IMG/VR virus record: IMGVR_UViG_3300044529_000082
Span: 8,299-72,298 of that record
Direction: 5' to 3' (one strand)
DNA length: 64,000 nt
DNA from: a virus
The position numbers were made by a program, and so were the translations under genes. Below, in pieces: positions 36,014 to 45,190 of the stretch (its first letter is position 1; each line of letters opens with the position of its first letter). The notes beneath the pieces are model-generated. The model had not been told where the DNA came from. It ran no database searches and saw nothing but the letters and a program-made list of their open reading frames with translations.

Positions 36014-36174
36014 TGTTTGTATAGGAAAGTCACCGTTGCCGTAATCGCGGCCGCGGATAACCAGTAGCACGCATCGGCCCACTTGTGGCTGAGCGCCCAA
36101 CGCGTGGCACTGAGCATGTAAAGCCCCAGGATGACGTAATTGAAGACGGCCGGGTCAAGTAGAAGTTTTTTCAT
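36010..36174 (-). CDS. 54-aa membrane protein
   Basis: MKKLLLDPAVFNYVILGLYMLSATRWALSHKWADACYWLSAAAITATVTFLYKH*. Confidence 0.5.
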   Translation of the reverse strand: MKKLLLDPAVFNYVILGLYMLSATRWALSHKWADACYWLSAAAITATVTFLYKH

Positions 36175-36211
36175 GGGAAGACCGCCCCGCCGTTTGTTAG
36201 CCGAATTTCTT

Positions 36212-37270
36212 TCATGCGTTCAAAACGAGGTGCCCCTTGAGGATTTTCACGTCACTCGTCAGATACTTTTTATAAAAGCCGCGAGTGAAGTATCGAACGA
36301 ATTCCAGTCGGCACCGCGTAACAGAACCGTCCTCGGGATTGCGTTTGAATTCCAGAATGGCGCCCCCGATTTCCATACGCAGCCTTTTCTTGCGCGCGAA
36401 AATGGTTTGGTCCTGCCAGCCGGGGAGCGAAACCACGTGAATGTTCCGGTCGTTCATCCAGTTTGACACGTGGTAATGCCCCTGCACCAGAATGGCAGGC
36501 TTCTCGCCGCCTTCGAATGCCTCGACCTGCTTCTGACCGGTGTAACTTCTCGCGTAGGAAGACCCGCCGCCTGGATGCTGAATCTTGATGATGGTGCTGG
36601 CTTTCTTGCTCTTCAGCTCGATGTCCGCCTCGACGTGGCCAATATAGACCAAGTCCTTGCGGCCTTGGTCGTGCGCCAGATACTGAAGATAGCCGCCGAA
36701 ATTGAATCCTTCTTTTTGCCACCATCCTTCGTGGTCGTCGCCCGTGATATAGTAGGTAGTGATGCCTTTTCGTGACGGGTAATTGTCAATGAAGTATTGG
36801 CATTGGCCGTCAATCGAGGAATCGAAAACAGAATCTCCATTGATTTTCGGGACATATCCATCTACCGGATTGCCTGCGTGGAAAACCTCATGTATGCCTT
36901 CTTTTTCCAGCAGGTCATAAAACTGATGCAGCTCTGCTAGGCGCTCCTGCTTGCAGCAAAGATGCGTATCTCCCACGAGCCCGTAGCGAAACCATTCGCC
37001 CGAATCCGTCACGCTCAGCGGAAGGTGCCCAAACTCTGGCTTGGGCAGTTCCAGCTCTTTAACCTTTACCGGGACCGCCGTTTCGTATTCCGGCTCGATT
37101 TCTACCTTTGGGCGAGCCGCGGCCGGAATGTCAAACCGGGCCGCCGCTTGTTCCACCGCTTTGACCGAGCGATTCATCTGTTTGGATATCTCCCTCGTTG
37201 TCAGTCCCCGGCTGCGAAGGGCTCTGAGTTGCGTCACTTCCGTTTCCGTCCACTTGTTTGTTTTGCTCAT
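36212..37270 (-). CDS. Calcineurin-like metallophosphoesterase with N-terminal HTH
   Basis: WTETEVTQL..REISKQMNRS (HTH); GDTHL, HAGNPVDG, ITGDDHE, QHPGGG, GHYH. Confidence 0.8.
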   Translation of the reverse strand: MSKTNKWTETEVTQLRALRSRGLTTREISKQMNRSVKAVEQAAARFDIPAAARPKVEIEPEYETAVPVKVKELELPKPEFGHLPLSVTDSGEWFRYGLVGDTHLCCKQERLAELHQFYDLLEKEGIHEVFHAGNPVDGYVPKINGDSVFDSSIDGQCQYFIDNYPSRKGITTYYITGDDHEGWWQKEGFNFGGYLQYLAHDQGRKDLVYIGHVEADIELKSKKASTIIKIQHPGGGSSYARSYTGQKQVEAFEGGEKPAILVQGHYHVSNWMNDRNIHVVSLPGWQDQTIFARKKRLRMEIGGAILEFKRNPEDGSVTRCRLEFVRYFTRGFYKKYLTSDVKILKGHLVLNA

Positions 37271-37799
37271 TCAGTTCTTGTATTGTTTCTGCTACTTTGC
37301 CACGAAAAGCGTCATCGAAAGCGGCCAGGGCTTCTTCTGGAGAGGAGCCCAGACCATAGATGTTCGGATTTTCTGCCGAGCCGGTAAAGGCGGCATACTT
37401 GCCGTCCTGCAATAGCGCGAGGTTCGGATTGCAGATATGATGCGGCGATGCGGCCTCGACCGCCGCGTCTCGCTGCGCGCGGATGTATTCGAGGTTCATT
37501 TGCATCGCGCTCGCGTAGTCGTCTTCGACCTTCTTTTGAAAGGCGTAGTCCCAGCGTTGTTTGTCGGAAACGATGGCCTCGATGGCCTCGCATGCCTTGA
37601 CGAAACAGTTTTCCGCCGCTACCGGCGCTTCGCCAAGAACTGGATGATACTCTCCATCCGGCTGCGGCGGCCGCGCATGAATCGCACTCAGCATGAATCC
37701 CGCGATATTCAGCAGCGAGTGCAGTTGCGCCTGCGTGGTCGTCTCCCGGGAGGAGACCACAACCCGGTTCAAATCCTGTTCTTTGATTTTATTTGCCAT
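37131..37799 (-). CDS. Hypothetical protein
   Basis: Starts MANKIKEQ; contains a GLGSSPEEALAAFD HicB-like motif. Confidence 0.5.
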   Translation of the reverse strand: MANKIKEQDLNRVVVSSRETTTQAQLHSLLNIAGFMLSAIHARPPQPDGEYHPVLGEAPVAAENCFVKACEAIEAIVSDKQRWDYAFQKKVEDDYASAMQMNLEYIRAQRDAAVEAASPHHICNPNLALLQDGKYAAFTGSAENPNIYGLGSSPEEALAAFDDAFRGKVAETIQELNEQNKQVDGNGSDATQSPSQPGTDNEGDIQTDESLGQSGGTSGGPV

Positions 37800-38286
37800 A
37801 GTTCGCGCGGGAGAGATTGTGCGCTGCCCAATAAAAAATCCAAAGGGCATCAATTGCGTTGTCGTCGAGCTTCGCGTTTTTCCATTTCGGATACTGCAAA
37901 AACAGATGCTTTTCCATGCCTTTCTTGTCGGCGTTTCCCGAGCCGGTTGCAAACTTTTTCAGCGTGGTAACGGGCACGCATTCAATAGTTACCTGGGTCG
38001 CAAAAGCGAGCCACACGGCAGTCCGAAGGCTGGACCACATTTGGGTCTGTTTGCAGTAGGAGCTGAATTCAACATCTTCGAAGACTACCACATCGGGTCG
38101 CTCCAGGGAGCACAAAAATTCATAAAATCGAACCACCCGGGGGTCCCTCCTCCGGGTCTGCCGCTGCTTCCCCCAGGCGGTCACTTCGGCGCCGGTGGCC
38201 CAGGTCTTTGTATATGCCGACACTTCACCGCCCAGGTTAGTGGCGATGCCGGTCTTAGTCCCGAGGTCCAAGGCAAGAATTTTCAT
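37789..38286 (-). CDS. RuvC-like Holliday junction resolvase
   Basis: MKILALDLGTKTG, VVFEDV, TLKKFATGSGNADK, DDNAIDAL. Confidence 0.85.
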   Translation of the reverse strand: MKILALDLGTKTGIATNLGGEVSAYTKTWATGAEVTAWGKQRQTRRRDPRVVRFYEFLCSLERPDVVVFEDVEFSSYCKQTQMWSSLRTAVWLAFATQVTIECVPVTTLKKFATGSGNADKKGMEKHLFLQYPKWKNAKLDDNAIDALWIFYWAAHNLSRANYGK

Positions 38287-38882
38287 ACGTTGAGAACCTT
38301 TTGCACTCTTTCTATGACCTTGGAAGCTATCGCCTGCGCCGCGGCTCGGGAAATGCCTAATACCTTGCCGGTTTCCTCGAACGTAAAATGCATGCTGAAT
38401 ACCAGTTGCATAATCGTGCGTTCCCGGTCGGTGCATCGCTTGGCAAGAATCGCAGAGACCTCGGCCCAGCGTTCCCGGAAGCCGATAGAATCGAAATCTG
38501 GTTCGGAGTGCGGCGTATCGTAGTCTCGAATTTCCGAGTCCGGTGCTTCATCCAGAAAAACCGCGGTTGAGAGTTCAGGAACTACTTCTGCATTTCGCAC
38601 GGTCGCCATAGTGGTTTTCCAATGACGCAGAAGCGAGCCCCGGATTCGCGGCTTGCAGTAGGCGAAAAATCGGCCGCGCTCGGGAGAGAACAACTTGGCC
38701 GTTTTCATCATCGCATCATAGCAGATGCTGACAAGCTCGCCATCGGGGATTTCGGACGCGCAGCACGCGCGCGCGTAGAGCACGGCCTCGTGCATATAGG
38801 CAACCGAGAGGTCCTCGGGTTTCATCCTTGCTTCAGTTTTAGCGTCCAGTTCAGTTTTCGGAAAAGAATCGAGTATGTTCAT
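38283..38882 (-). CDS. Phage sigma-70 family sigma factor
   Basis: Region 2-like ELVSICYDAMMKTAKLFSPERGRFFAYCKPRIRG; region 4-like RERTIMQLVF..FEETGKVLGISRAAAQAI. Confidence 0.75.
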   Translation of the reverse strand: MNILDSFPKTELDAKTEARMKPEDLSVAYMHEAVLYARACCASEIPDGELVSICYDAMMKTAKLFSPERGRFFAYCKPRIRGSLLRHWKTTMATVRNAEVVPELSTAVFLDEAPDSEIRDYDTPHSEPDFDSIGFRERWAEVSAILAKRCTDRERTIMQLVFSMHFTFEETGKVLGISRAAAQAIASKVIERVQKVLNV

Positions 38883-39519
38883 TTTACGTATCAAAAGGAT
38901 TTTTGGTTGTGGTTCCTTCACCGGCGGTGGTGCCCAGGTCGAGGCAGAGCAACTTCATCGGGCCTCCCAGCGATTTTTTACAAGCCCCATAACCGGGGCA
39001 TACGTGCGAGAAGTCAAGTGGTCCGCTTTCCTCCAGCCGGGAGCGACTGGTTTAGTTTTCCCAACCTTTTCCCACCCAGCCCCGCGTAGCGAAGCCCCCG
39101 ATTCCGTTTCCAGGGTATAGGTAATCATTTTACGACCGCCCATCGCCCGCCAGGCGCGCCAGCAAGCTTGATATAACATGGAGCACGCGCCTCGGGGAGC
39201 TTTCTCAACGGTGCAGACCCTAAGTACCTCTGAAGTAAACCCGTCCATGTAAGTTGCGGAAAGCGGGTTTCCCACGATAGCAACACCGACTTGCTCGCCG
39301 TCTAGCAGTAGAGAGATGGCAAACTTGCCGCCATTACGGGCAGTGCGACCGTTGTGCCGATGGTGCAACGCCACAAAATCATTAGCCTTGCGGAGGGTGG
39401 TTGGAGCTACCTGCAAAACTGCTTTAGAAATCTCATTGCACTGCCCTATAATTTTTGGCTCGGGTTCAGTTTTCGGAAAAGAATCAAGTATGTTCATTCT
39501 ACTTATCAAAAGGATTTTT
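38849..39519. repeat. 56-bp direct repeat pair (38849-38904 and 39464-39519, 3 mismatches)
   Basis: gttcagttttcggaaaagaatc(g/a)agtatgttcatt(t/c)tac(g/t)tatcaaaaggattttt seen twice, 615 bp apart. Confidence 0.9.
38955..39497 (-). CDS. XF1762-family / Mom-like GNAT-fold protein
   Basis: ANDFVALHHRH, GVAIVGNP, EVLRVCT, ACSMLY, ITYTLETESGASLRGAGW. Confidence 0.75.
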   Translation of the reverse strand: MNILDSFPKTEPEPKIIGQCNEISKAVLQVAPTTLRKANDFVALHHRHNGRTARNGGKFAISLLLDGEQVGVAIVGNPLSATYMDGFTSEVLRVCTVEKAPRGACSMLYQACWRAWRAMGGRKMITYTLETESGASLRGAGWEKVGKTKPVAPGWRKADHLTSRTYAPVMGLVKNRWEAR

Positions 39520-41733
39520 TGTGGTTGGCGTGATTGGACCAGCTTGAATCGTGGGAGCGACGGCGACGGGGACCCCAAGAACGTCTTCGAAGGCGGTCCG
39601 CTTGAAAATCCAAACGCGGGTCTTGAGCTTTCCGCTATCCGCCTCGCAGTGCAGCAGGCCCTCTTTCTGGATTTGCTCCAGGTATCGGTTGACTTGGTCC
39701 ATTTTCAGGCCGCGCATTACGTGGTCATTCAACGGATTCGAGGAGAGCAGCCGCATGAGCTGAGTAACGGTGCCGCGCCATTCCGGCTTCTCCAGGTCTT
39801 GCCGAAAATAGTCTGAGAGAGATTCGATTAGCAACTCCTTGAAGGGTCCGATGGACTGAGATTGATTCGTGCGGTCCAGCAGCAGTTCATCGTGGTATGC
39901 TTCCCAGCCATAGCGCCCGTAAGGCTTCACCAGCTCCTGCGGAATCTCGACCGTCATCACAGCTTTGATAAAGTAGGGCAGCTCGACGCTAAGAATCCGC
40001 GCAACCTCGGCCCGCGAGGGAAACGCGAAAGGAACCTCATTGCACCGATAGATGTTCGTTTTTTCGAGCGTAGCGGAATCCTGTGGGCCGATAATGCGCA
40101 TCGAATTAGTGTCCAGGTTCAACGTTACCCCGAGCCGACCGGAGAATTCCACCATACTCTGTTTTTGGAATTTCGCATGAGACATCATAGTCTGATTCGC
40201 GGCGATTTTCTTGAACATATTCGAAGTTCGCTGCATGTTCGCGGGGGAGCCAACAACCGTTTCGTCATCGATTACCCAGTGGCCGACTTCGAACAAGTGG
40301 GCGTTGAACATAGAAAGACCGAGAAAATACTCGCTCGCGTCCATGAATCCGCCGACCGAGGCGCCGATATAGTGCCGGTTAGCAAGGGTCTTTCCCGAGT
40401 TGTGGACTCCCGCGAGGAAAATGTTTTGCCCGGGCCGCGGACACCAGTCATTCACGCTTATCAAGAGGTATTGATACCAAGCGATGAAGGACCAGTAAGC
40501 TTTTTCCTCGTTCAGCATATGCCGAAACAGGGCCGAGGACCAGGGCGAGTTGCCGAGGGGTCCCAGGACCTGGGTGCCCGCCGCGGGGGTAATCGGCTTC
40601 CGGAAATAGGTGTTCAGAATGCGGCCGCTGTCCCGGGTAATGATGCCCGGGCGCTGGAAAGCAAATGACGCGGCAGAGACGATGCGATTGTTGCGATAGA
40701 TGTAGTTCATCGCCTCGTCCATTTGAGAAATCCCAGTCTGTTTGTCGCCCTTGGTAGAAATCCGGCAGTTCACTTTCAGATAATTCGCCAAGGCATCTTT
40801 ATTCGTAAGCTGATAGATTCCCTCGACGCCCTGCATAAAGAAATCGTGGCCGTCGAAGAAAATGTTCTCTGTCGATTTGGATATGGCGCCCTGGGACCAG
40901 CCTTTCGCGAATTCCGTACCTAAGATATCGCTCCAGGTGTTAAAGGGCTTCGTGGCGTGCGCCGCAAATGTCATCATTCCGCCGGGCTTCACAATGGCGG
41001 ACATGGGGCTCGTCGATTCAGGAATCCAGAATGTTGGACCCTGCGAATTTAGTTCGAACGCGGAGGGCCACGCGAACGAGGGATACTTTTCTCGAAGAGC
41101 CTTTTCGACCGCGTCCAGCGGCACGTCTGATTCGACGCGCGACGGCTTGAAATCGAAATCCCGCGCGGCATCCACAAGAAAAGCCTGAACCGCGTCCATG
41201 GGCAAATCGCCGTGCCCGGTGTCCAGCCATTGGCAGCCGTTGCATAGATACCGCGTGGGGGTTTCAAATGCCGATTGGTCCAGACAGGGAAGGATGTCGA
41301 GGTTCAGCCATTTCACCGCGCGCTTGCACAGGAACTGGTCAAAGTTAAAATTGCCCACGTGTATCCCGCGCGGAAGAGTGAAAACCAGCCGCCAATTATG
41401 GCCCAGGCTCTGCTCGATTCGACTTGGCTTCAGGGGCATCTGCTTAACTGCCTCGGCGATGCGTTCGTGCGATAGATTGAGGGTATCGTAATCGGCAGCG
41501 AAACCCCACCGAACGTGCGGCGGGTTCTCGTCCTTCGTGATTCGCGCATTCGGATTCAACGGCTCGACCATCGAATAAAAGCTGTGCCGGGTGCCGGGAT
41601 TGGAATACCACGCCTGCCGGGCGGCTTTGTTCTTTCGCACGTCTTCCGAAAGGACTTCCGCGGGCTTGAAGTCCCACGGGTTTCCTTGTTGCGCAGTGAC
41701 AGAGACCAGATTGTGTATGTAGTAGAGCGGCAT
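39499..41733 (-). CDS. Primase-helicase (primase-like N-terminus plus SF3/DUF5906-like ATPase)
   Basis: FAADYD..SLGHNWRLVF primase-like motifs; GVHNSGKT Walker A; FN..WVIDDE. Confidence 0.7.
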   Translation of the reverse strand: MPLYYIHNLVSVTAQQGNPWDFKPAEVLSEDVRKNKAARQAWYSNPGTRHSFYSMVEPLNPNARITKDENPPHVRWGFAADYDTLNLSHERIAEAVKQMPLKPSRIEQSLGHNWRLVFTLPRGIHVGNFNFDQFLCKRAVKWLNLDILPCLDQSAFETPTRYLCNGCQWLDTGHGDLPMDAVQAFLVDAARDFDFKPSRVESDVPLDAVEKALREKYPSFAWPSAFELNSQGPTFWIPESTSPMSAIVKPGGMMTFAAHATKPFNTWSDILGTEFAKGWSQGAISKSTENIFFDGHDFFMQGVEGIYQLTNKDALANYLKVNCRISTKGDKQTGISQMDEAMNYIYRNNRIVSAASFAFQRPGIITRDSGRILNTYFRKPITPAAGTQVLGPLGNSPWSSALFRHMLNEEKAYWSFIAWYQYLLISVNDWCPRPGQNIFLAGVHNSGKTLANRHYIGASVGGFMDASEYFLGLSMFNAHLFEVGHWVIDDETVVGSPANMQRTSNMFKKIAANQTMMSHAKFQKQSMVEFSGRLGVTLNLDTNSMRIIGPQDSATLEKTNIYRCNEVPFAFPSRAEVARILSVELPYFIKAVMTVEIPQELVKPYGRYGWEAYHDELLLDRTNQSQSIGPFKELLIESLSDYFRQDLEKPEWRGTVTQLMRLLSSNPLNDHVMRGLKMDQVNRYLEQIQKEGLLHCEADSGKLKTRVWIFKRTAFEDVLGVPVAVAPTIQAGPITPTTKNPFDK

Positions 41734-41788
41734 GGTTATTGAGGAAAATTAGGCCGCGCAAACTTTCCCTGCGTGAGAGGAATCAATT

Positions 41789-43750
41789 TCATTTTCCGTA
41801 GCGCTCCATGATTTTTGCCTCGGCGGCGACCGGAAGGCCCGGAATCCACTCCGGCGTTTTTCCCATTTCCCGTTCCACGTCTTCAACAGAAACGCTCGGG
41901 TCAGTCTCTAGTAATGCTTCGTCGTGAACGCTTAGAATACAGGGCCACCCTCGGCGGTCCATGTTCACGAGCTGCCACGCGAAAACGTCTCGGGCCGCCG
42001 CCTGCACTACGTTTTCGAGGATTCGCGAGCCCCACAATTCAAATCTTCGGCCGCCTATCCCGGCAGTATAAGCCGTTTTCCGGATTGGCTTTTTAGTCTC
42101 GGGGTCCACGTCAATTTTTATTCCGCAACGGACGTCCTCATATACCAAAGCCCTTCCGGAGGGTAACGTGACTTTGAAATCCTGCCCCACAGAACTACGC
42201 AAAGCGTCATCCAGCCGGGACCAGAGCCCCGTTATTTTAGGGCTGGCTTTTCGGAATTTTTCAACCGCACTCCGGCTCGTTTGCCCGTATCCGCTTTTTG
42301 AAACAGTCTCTCCGGTAATCGGGTCTTCAGTTTCAATAAGCTCTGGGTCTTGGGCACAGAGGTCAATTCCTCCGGTTGCTGCAATCTTGATGAACTTACG
42401 CCAGCCCGCGCCATACCCCAGCCCGAGCACCATAATCTTGGTCATCTTGTAAAAGTCGGAAGCTTTGTCCATCTTGGGACCAGAGTATTCAAGCGCGGTT
42501 CGCGCGAAAGCTTCATACACGCTCATGCCCTGGCTAACCGCGTCGAGCAGCGGTTTATTACCCCCCAACCACGCGAGCACCCGAGGCTCAATGGTCGCGA
42601 GGTCTGACACGATGAGTCTCTTTCCCGGACGGGCCATAATCATGGACCGAACATCGAGCGCGCCGCGGACCCATCCCGGCTCTTTGCCCGTTGCTTTTAT
42701 CACGGCGGAGCGTTCTGCGAGCCGTTTTACATCGTGTTCCATAAGTCCATGCTCGTTGCAGACGACCGGCTGTCGCAAAAGATTTTGCATGTTAAGCTTG
42801 CCATCGCCAGAAAAACGACCGGTATGCGCTCCCCAATATTTCAGCGAATACGGCATTGTGCCATCTTCCCGAGAGCGAAATTTCATCAACTCAAAAGTTT
42901 TATAGAGCCGATTAATCGAACGCCAGTTCGACACTTCATAAATCCAGGGATGCTTAGGGCCGTGAGTCTCTTCCCACAGCTCAAAGCCTTCAAGGTCGTC
43001 AACTTTGGCAGGAGGACACGGGATACCGACCCGCCGACAATTTTCTGCGATGCATTTGCTGCTCGTCGGTTTTGTGTTGAAATCGTCCCAATCTTCGGCG
43101 CCTGCCGTCCAGGGAACTTGCTTTTCAGTATTCTTCAGCATCTCGTGCGCGAGACAGAGCGCCGCATCCAGCCGGTCTTGGTCTAGCTGCACGCCGCGCT
43201 TGCCTTGTTCGATTGTGAACCGACTCAAATATCGTTCTGTAGCGGGCCACTGGTTCCCGAACTTGTCCCAAAGTCGCCACGTCCAAATCGCGTCGTCCTT
43301 GGCGTATTTGAGCATCGCGGTTTGCTCCGAGGCGGTGAAATCATTTGGCCATTTTTTATTGTCGGCGTCTGCTCGGACTGATTTGTCGAGCTTTACCTTG
43401 AACAGATACTCGACCGCATCCGCCAAAGCGCGGCGGTTGCACAAATACGATGTGAGGTTGGCCGTGCAGACCCACTCCGCGACATTTATCCTGGGAGCAA
43501 GGCCCCGCTTGACCATCTCTTCATAGACGCTTCCGTCGAACCTATAATTATGGCAGAGCACAACGGCCCCTTCCAGGGCGCTCCAGTTAAAGTCTTTTGG
43601 GGCTCCGCTCCACGAGTGCGTTCCGTCGCATACGGACAAAAGATATGGGTCAAAGCGCTCGTCGGCACAATAGATTTCCGGAAGATTCCCGGCGACTGAA
43701 TACTTTAGCTTACGTGAAAAAAACGTTTCAAAGTCAAGTGCGATTGGCAT
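41789..43750 (-). CDS. DNA polymerase family A
   Basis: ALDFET exonuclease, HTGRFSG..NMQNL, SDLATIEPRVLAWL (motif A), KIMVLGLGYG (motif B), ENVVQAAARD, VHDE (motif C). Confidence 0.92.
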   Translation of the reverse strand: MPIALDFETFFSRKLKYSVAGNLPEIYCADERFDPYLLSVCDGTHSWSGAPKDFNWSALEGAVVLCHNYRFDGSVYEEMVKRGLAPRINVAEWVCTANLTSYLCNRRALADAVEYLFKVKLDKSVRADADNKKWPNDFTASEQTAMLKYAKDDAIWTWRLWDKFGNQWPATERYLSRFTIEQGKRGVQLDQDRLDAALCLAHEMLKNTEKQVPWTAGAEDWDDFNTKPTSSKCIAENCRRVGIPCPPAKVDDLEGFELWEETHGPKHPWIYEVSNWRSINRLYKTFELMKFRSREDGTMPYSLKYWGAHTGRFSGDGKLNMQNLLRQPVVCNEHGLMEHDVKRLAERSAVIKATGKEPGWVRGALDVRSMIMARPGKRLIVSDLATIEPRVLAWLGGNKPLLDAVSQGMSVYEAFARTALEYSGPKMDKASDFYKMTKIMVLGLGYGAGWRKFIKIAATGGIDLCAQDPELIETEDPITGETVSKSGYGQTSRSAVEKFRKASPKITGLWSRLDDALRSSVGQDFKVTLPSGRALVYEDVRCGIKIDVDPETKKPIRKTAYTAGIGGRRFELWGSRILENVVQAAARDVFAWQLVNMDRRGWPCILSVHDEALLETDPSVSVEDVEREMGKTPEWIPGLPVAAEAKIMERYGK

Positions 43751-43953
43751 TAGTGGTAGTAGGGTATCCGGTCAAGTTTCGCGCGAAGGTCGTCAATGAC
43801 GCCTTCCTGTTCCAAAAGTTTCTCCTCCGCCCGGGCGAGCCGGACGTATAGTGATTCGTTTTCTCGCAGCGCTTTAGCGAGTTCGGGACAATGTAACTCC
43901 GCAACTGGGCTGGCGTTCGACGGCTCTTTGGATAATTCTGGCAATGACTTCAT
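43750..43953 (-). CDS. Small coiled-coil protein
   Basis: 67 aa, stop overlaps the polymerase start. Confidence 0.4.
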   Translation of the reverse strand: MKSLPELSKEPSNASPVAELHCPELAKALRENESLYVRLARAEEKLLEQEGVIDDLRAKLDRIPYYH

Positions 43954-44215
43954 TAGTTGCTTCGGTTAATTTATCAGTTAAAGCGCCGGAGGGGAACATA
44001 AGATTGCATGATACCTGAGGATGTGTAAGCGTTGGGTGCTCGTTACGAAGCTTGCGGACTAGCGCTTCAACGTCAGCTTTAATCTGGTCCACAAATTCCG
44101 CCGACACTCTCGTAAACTTTCCAGCCCGGCATTGTTTAGAGCATTCCAGCGCATGCTGGCGGATGGCCGACTCGTTAAGATACCGGCCTGAAGCTAAATC
44201 TAGAATTTCACTCAT
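43874..44215 (-). CDS. Hypothetical protein
   Basis: Starts MSEILDLASG; RAGKFTRVSAEF motif. Confidence 0.5.
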   Translation of the reverse strand: MSEILDLASGRYLNESAIRQHALECSKQCRAGKFTRVSAEFVDQIKADVEALVRKLRNEHPTLTHPQVSCNLMFPSGALTDKLTEATNEVIARIIQRAVERQPSCGVTLSRTR

Positions 44216-44219
44216 TGGC

Positions 44220-44254
44220 AAAAGGGCGGCCCGGCTTGGGACCGAGCCGCCCTG
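44220..44254 (-). terminator. Rho-independent terminator
   Basis: Minus strand agggcggctcgg-tcccaag-ccgggccgccctttt. Confidence 0.7.
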
Positions 44255-44270
44255 CATCGGGGTTCGGGGA

Positions 44271-45083
44271 CTAGCCTTTCAGGACCTTATCGGCGAAGGC
44301 CAGAAACTCCGGCGTGCTGGCCTTTGCGGGCACCAGCACCGGGAGCCATGCGAAATTGCCCCCCTGGAAGGGAGTCAACTTCGTTGAGGCGGCAAAGCTG
44401 AACGCGGGGTAGCCTTTCTGAAGGCAGCCGGTCAGCTTCGCGGGGAACACCACGCGCTTGCACGCGGCGGTGTATGCGGACGCTTTGAACGACCAGAACG
44501 CCAGCGCGTATTTCAGGCCATTGACTTCATGCACGAACAGCGCGCCGTCATCCGCGACGTGCTCGGGACGCTGAATGGCGACCATGGCGCGAACCGTGGG
44601 CACGAAATACTTCATGCCCTGAGCCTTTTTCAAACTCCACTCGCCATAGTCCAGGGTGCCGCCGGACGCGGTGACCGCCTGCTCCGTGTTCACTACGATG
44701 CCTCGGGCGCCACCGGCGACCTTTTCCGCGTAACGGGGCGTCTCGATTCCGAGAAATGTCACGATGCACGGGGGCAGCGCAGCGCGGCGAACGGTGCCGG
44801 TCGCAGTGTCGATGTCGGGCGGAGCGAAAAGCACCACTCGATTGTCATACACGATGGAACCGTGCGGGAACGTTTTCCCGATTTCGCCAACCGGGTGCGC
44901 GATGTTCAAGGCCGGAAGAATCACGTCCCGAAAACCGGGAATGTAATCGGCCGCGAGCGGCCGGGCGACGGCACCGGCGCCAGTGGTATCGGGAACTTGA
45001 GACTCGTTTTGCGGAACCGCGGCGGTCTCAGGGGCTGCGGTTTCGACCGGCGTGGCACCGGCACCAAAATTAACTTCGGACAT
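44271..45083 (-). CDS. Probable ssDNA-binding / annealing protein
   Basis: 270 aa, strong codon bias, own terminator, between Cas4-like nuclease and polymerase; called from synteny. Confidence 0.45.
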   Translation of the reverse strand: MSEVNFGAGATPVETAAPETAAVPQNESQVPDTTGAGAVARPLAADYIPGFRDVILPALNIAHPVGEIGKTFPHGSIVYDNRVVLFAPPDIDTATGTVRRAALPPCIVTFLGIETPRYAEKVAGGARGIVVNTEQAVTASGGTLDYGEWSLKKAQGMKYFVPTVRAMVAIQRPEHVADDGALFVHEVNGLKYALAFWSFKASAYTAACKRVVFPAKLTGCLQKGYPAFSFAASTKLTPFQGGNFAWLPVLVPAKASTPEFLAFADKVLKG

Positions 45084-45190
45084 ACTATTTATTTTCCTTT
45101 GGTTTGTGTGTTTATGTTTTCTGCAAATTTGGAAAATTCAAGCAAGCAAATTCCCCAAAAATTTCGCGTGCGGCGCGGTCATGATTAATT

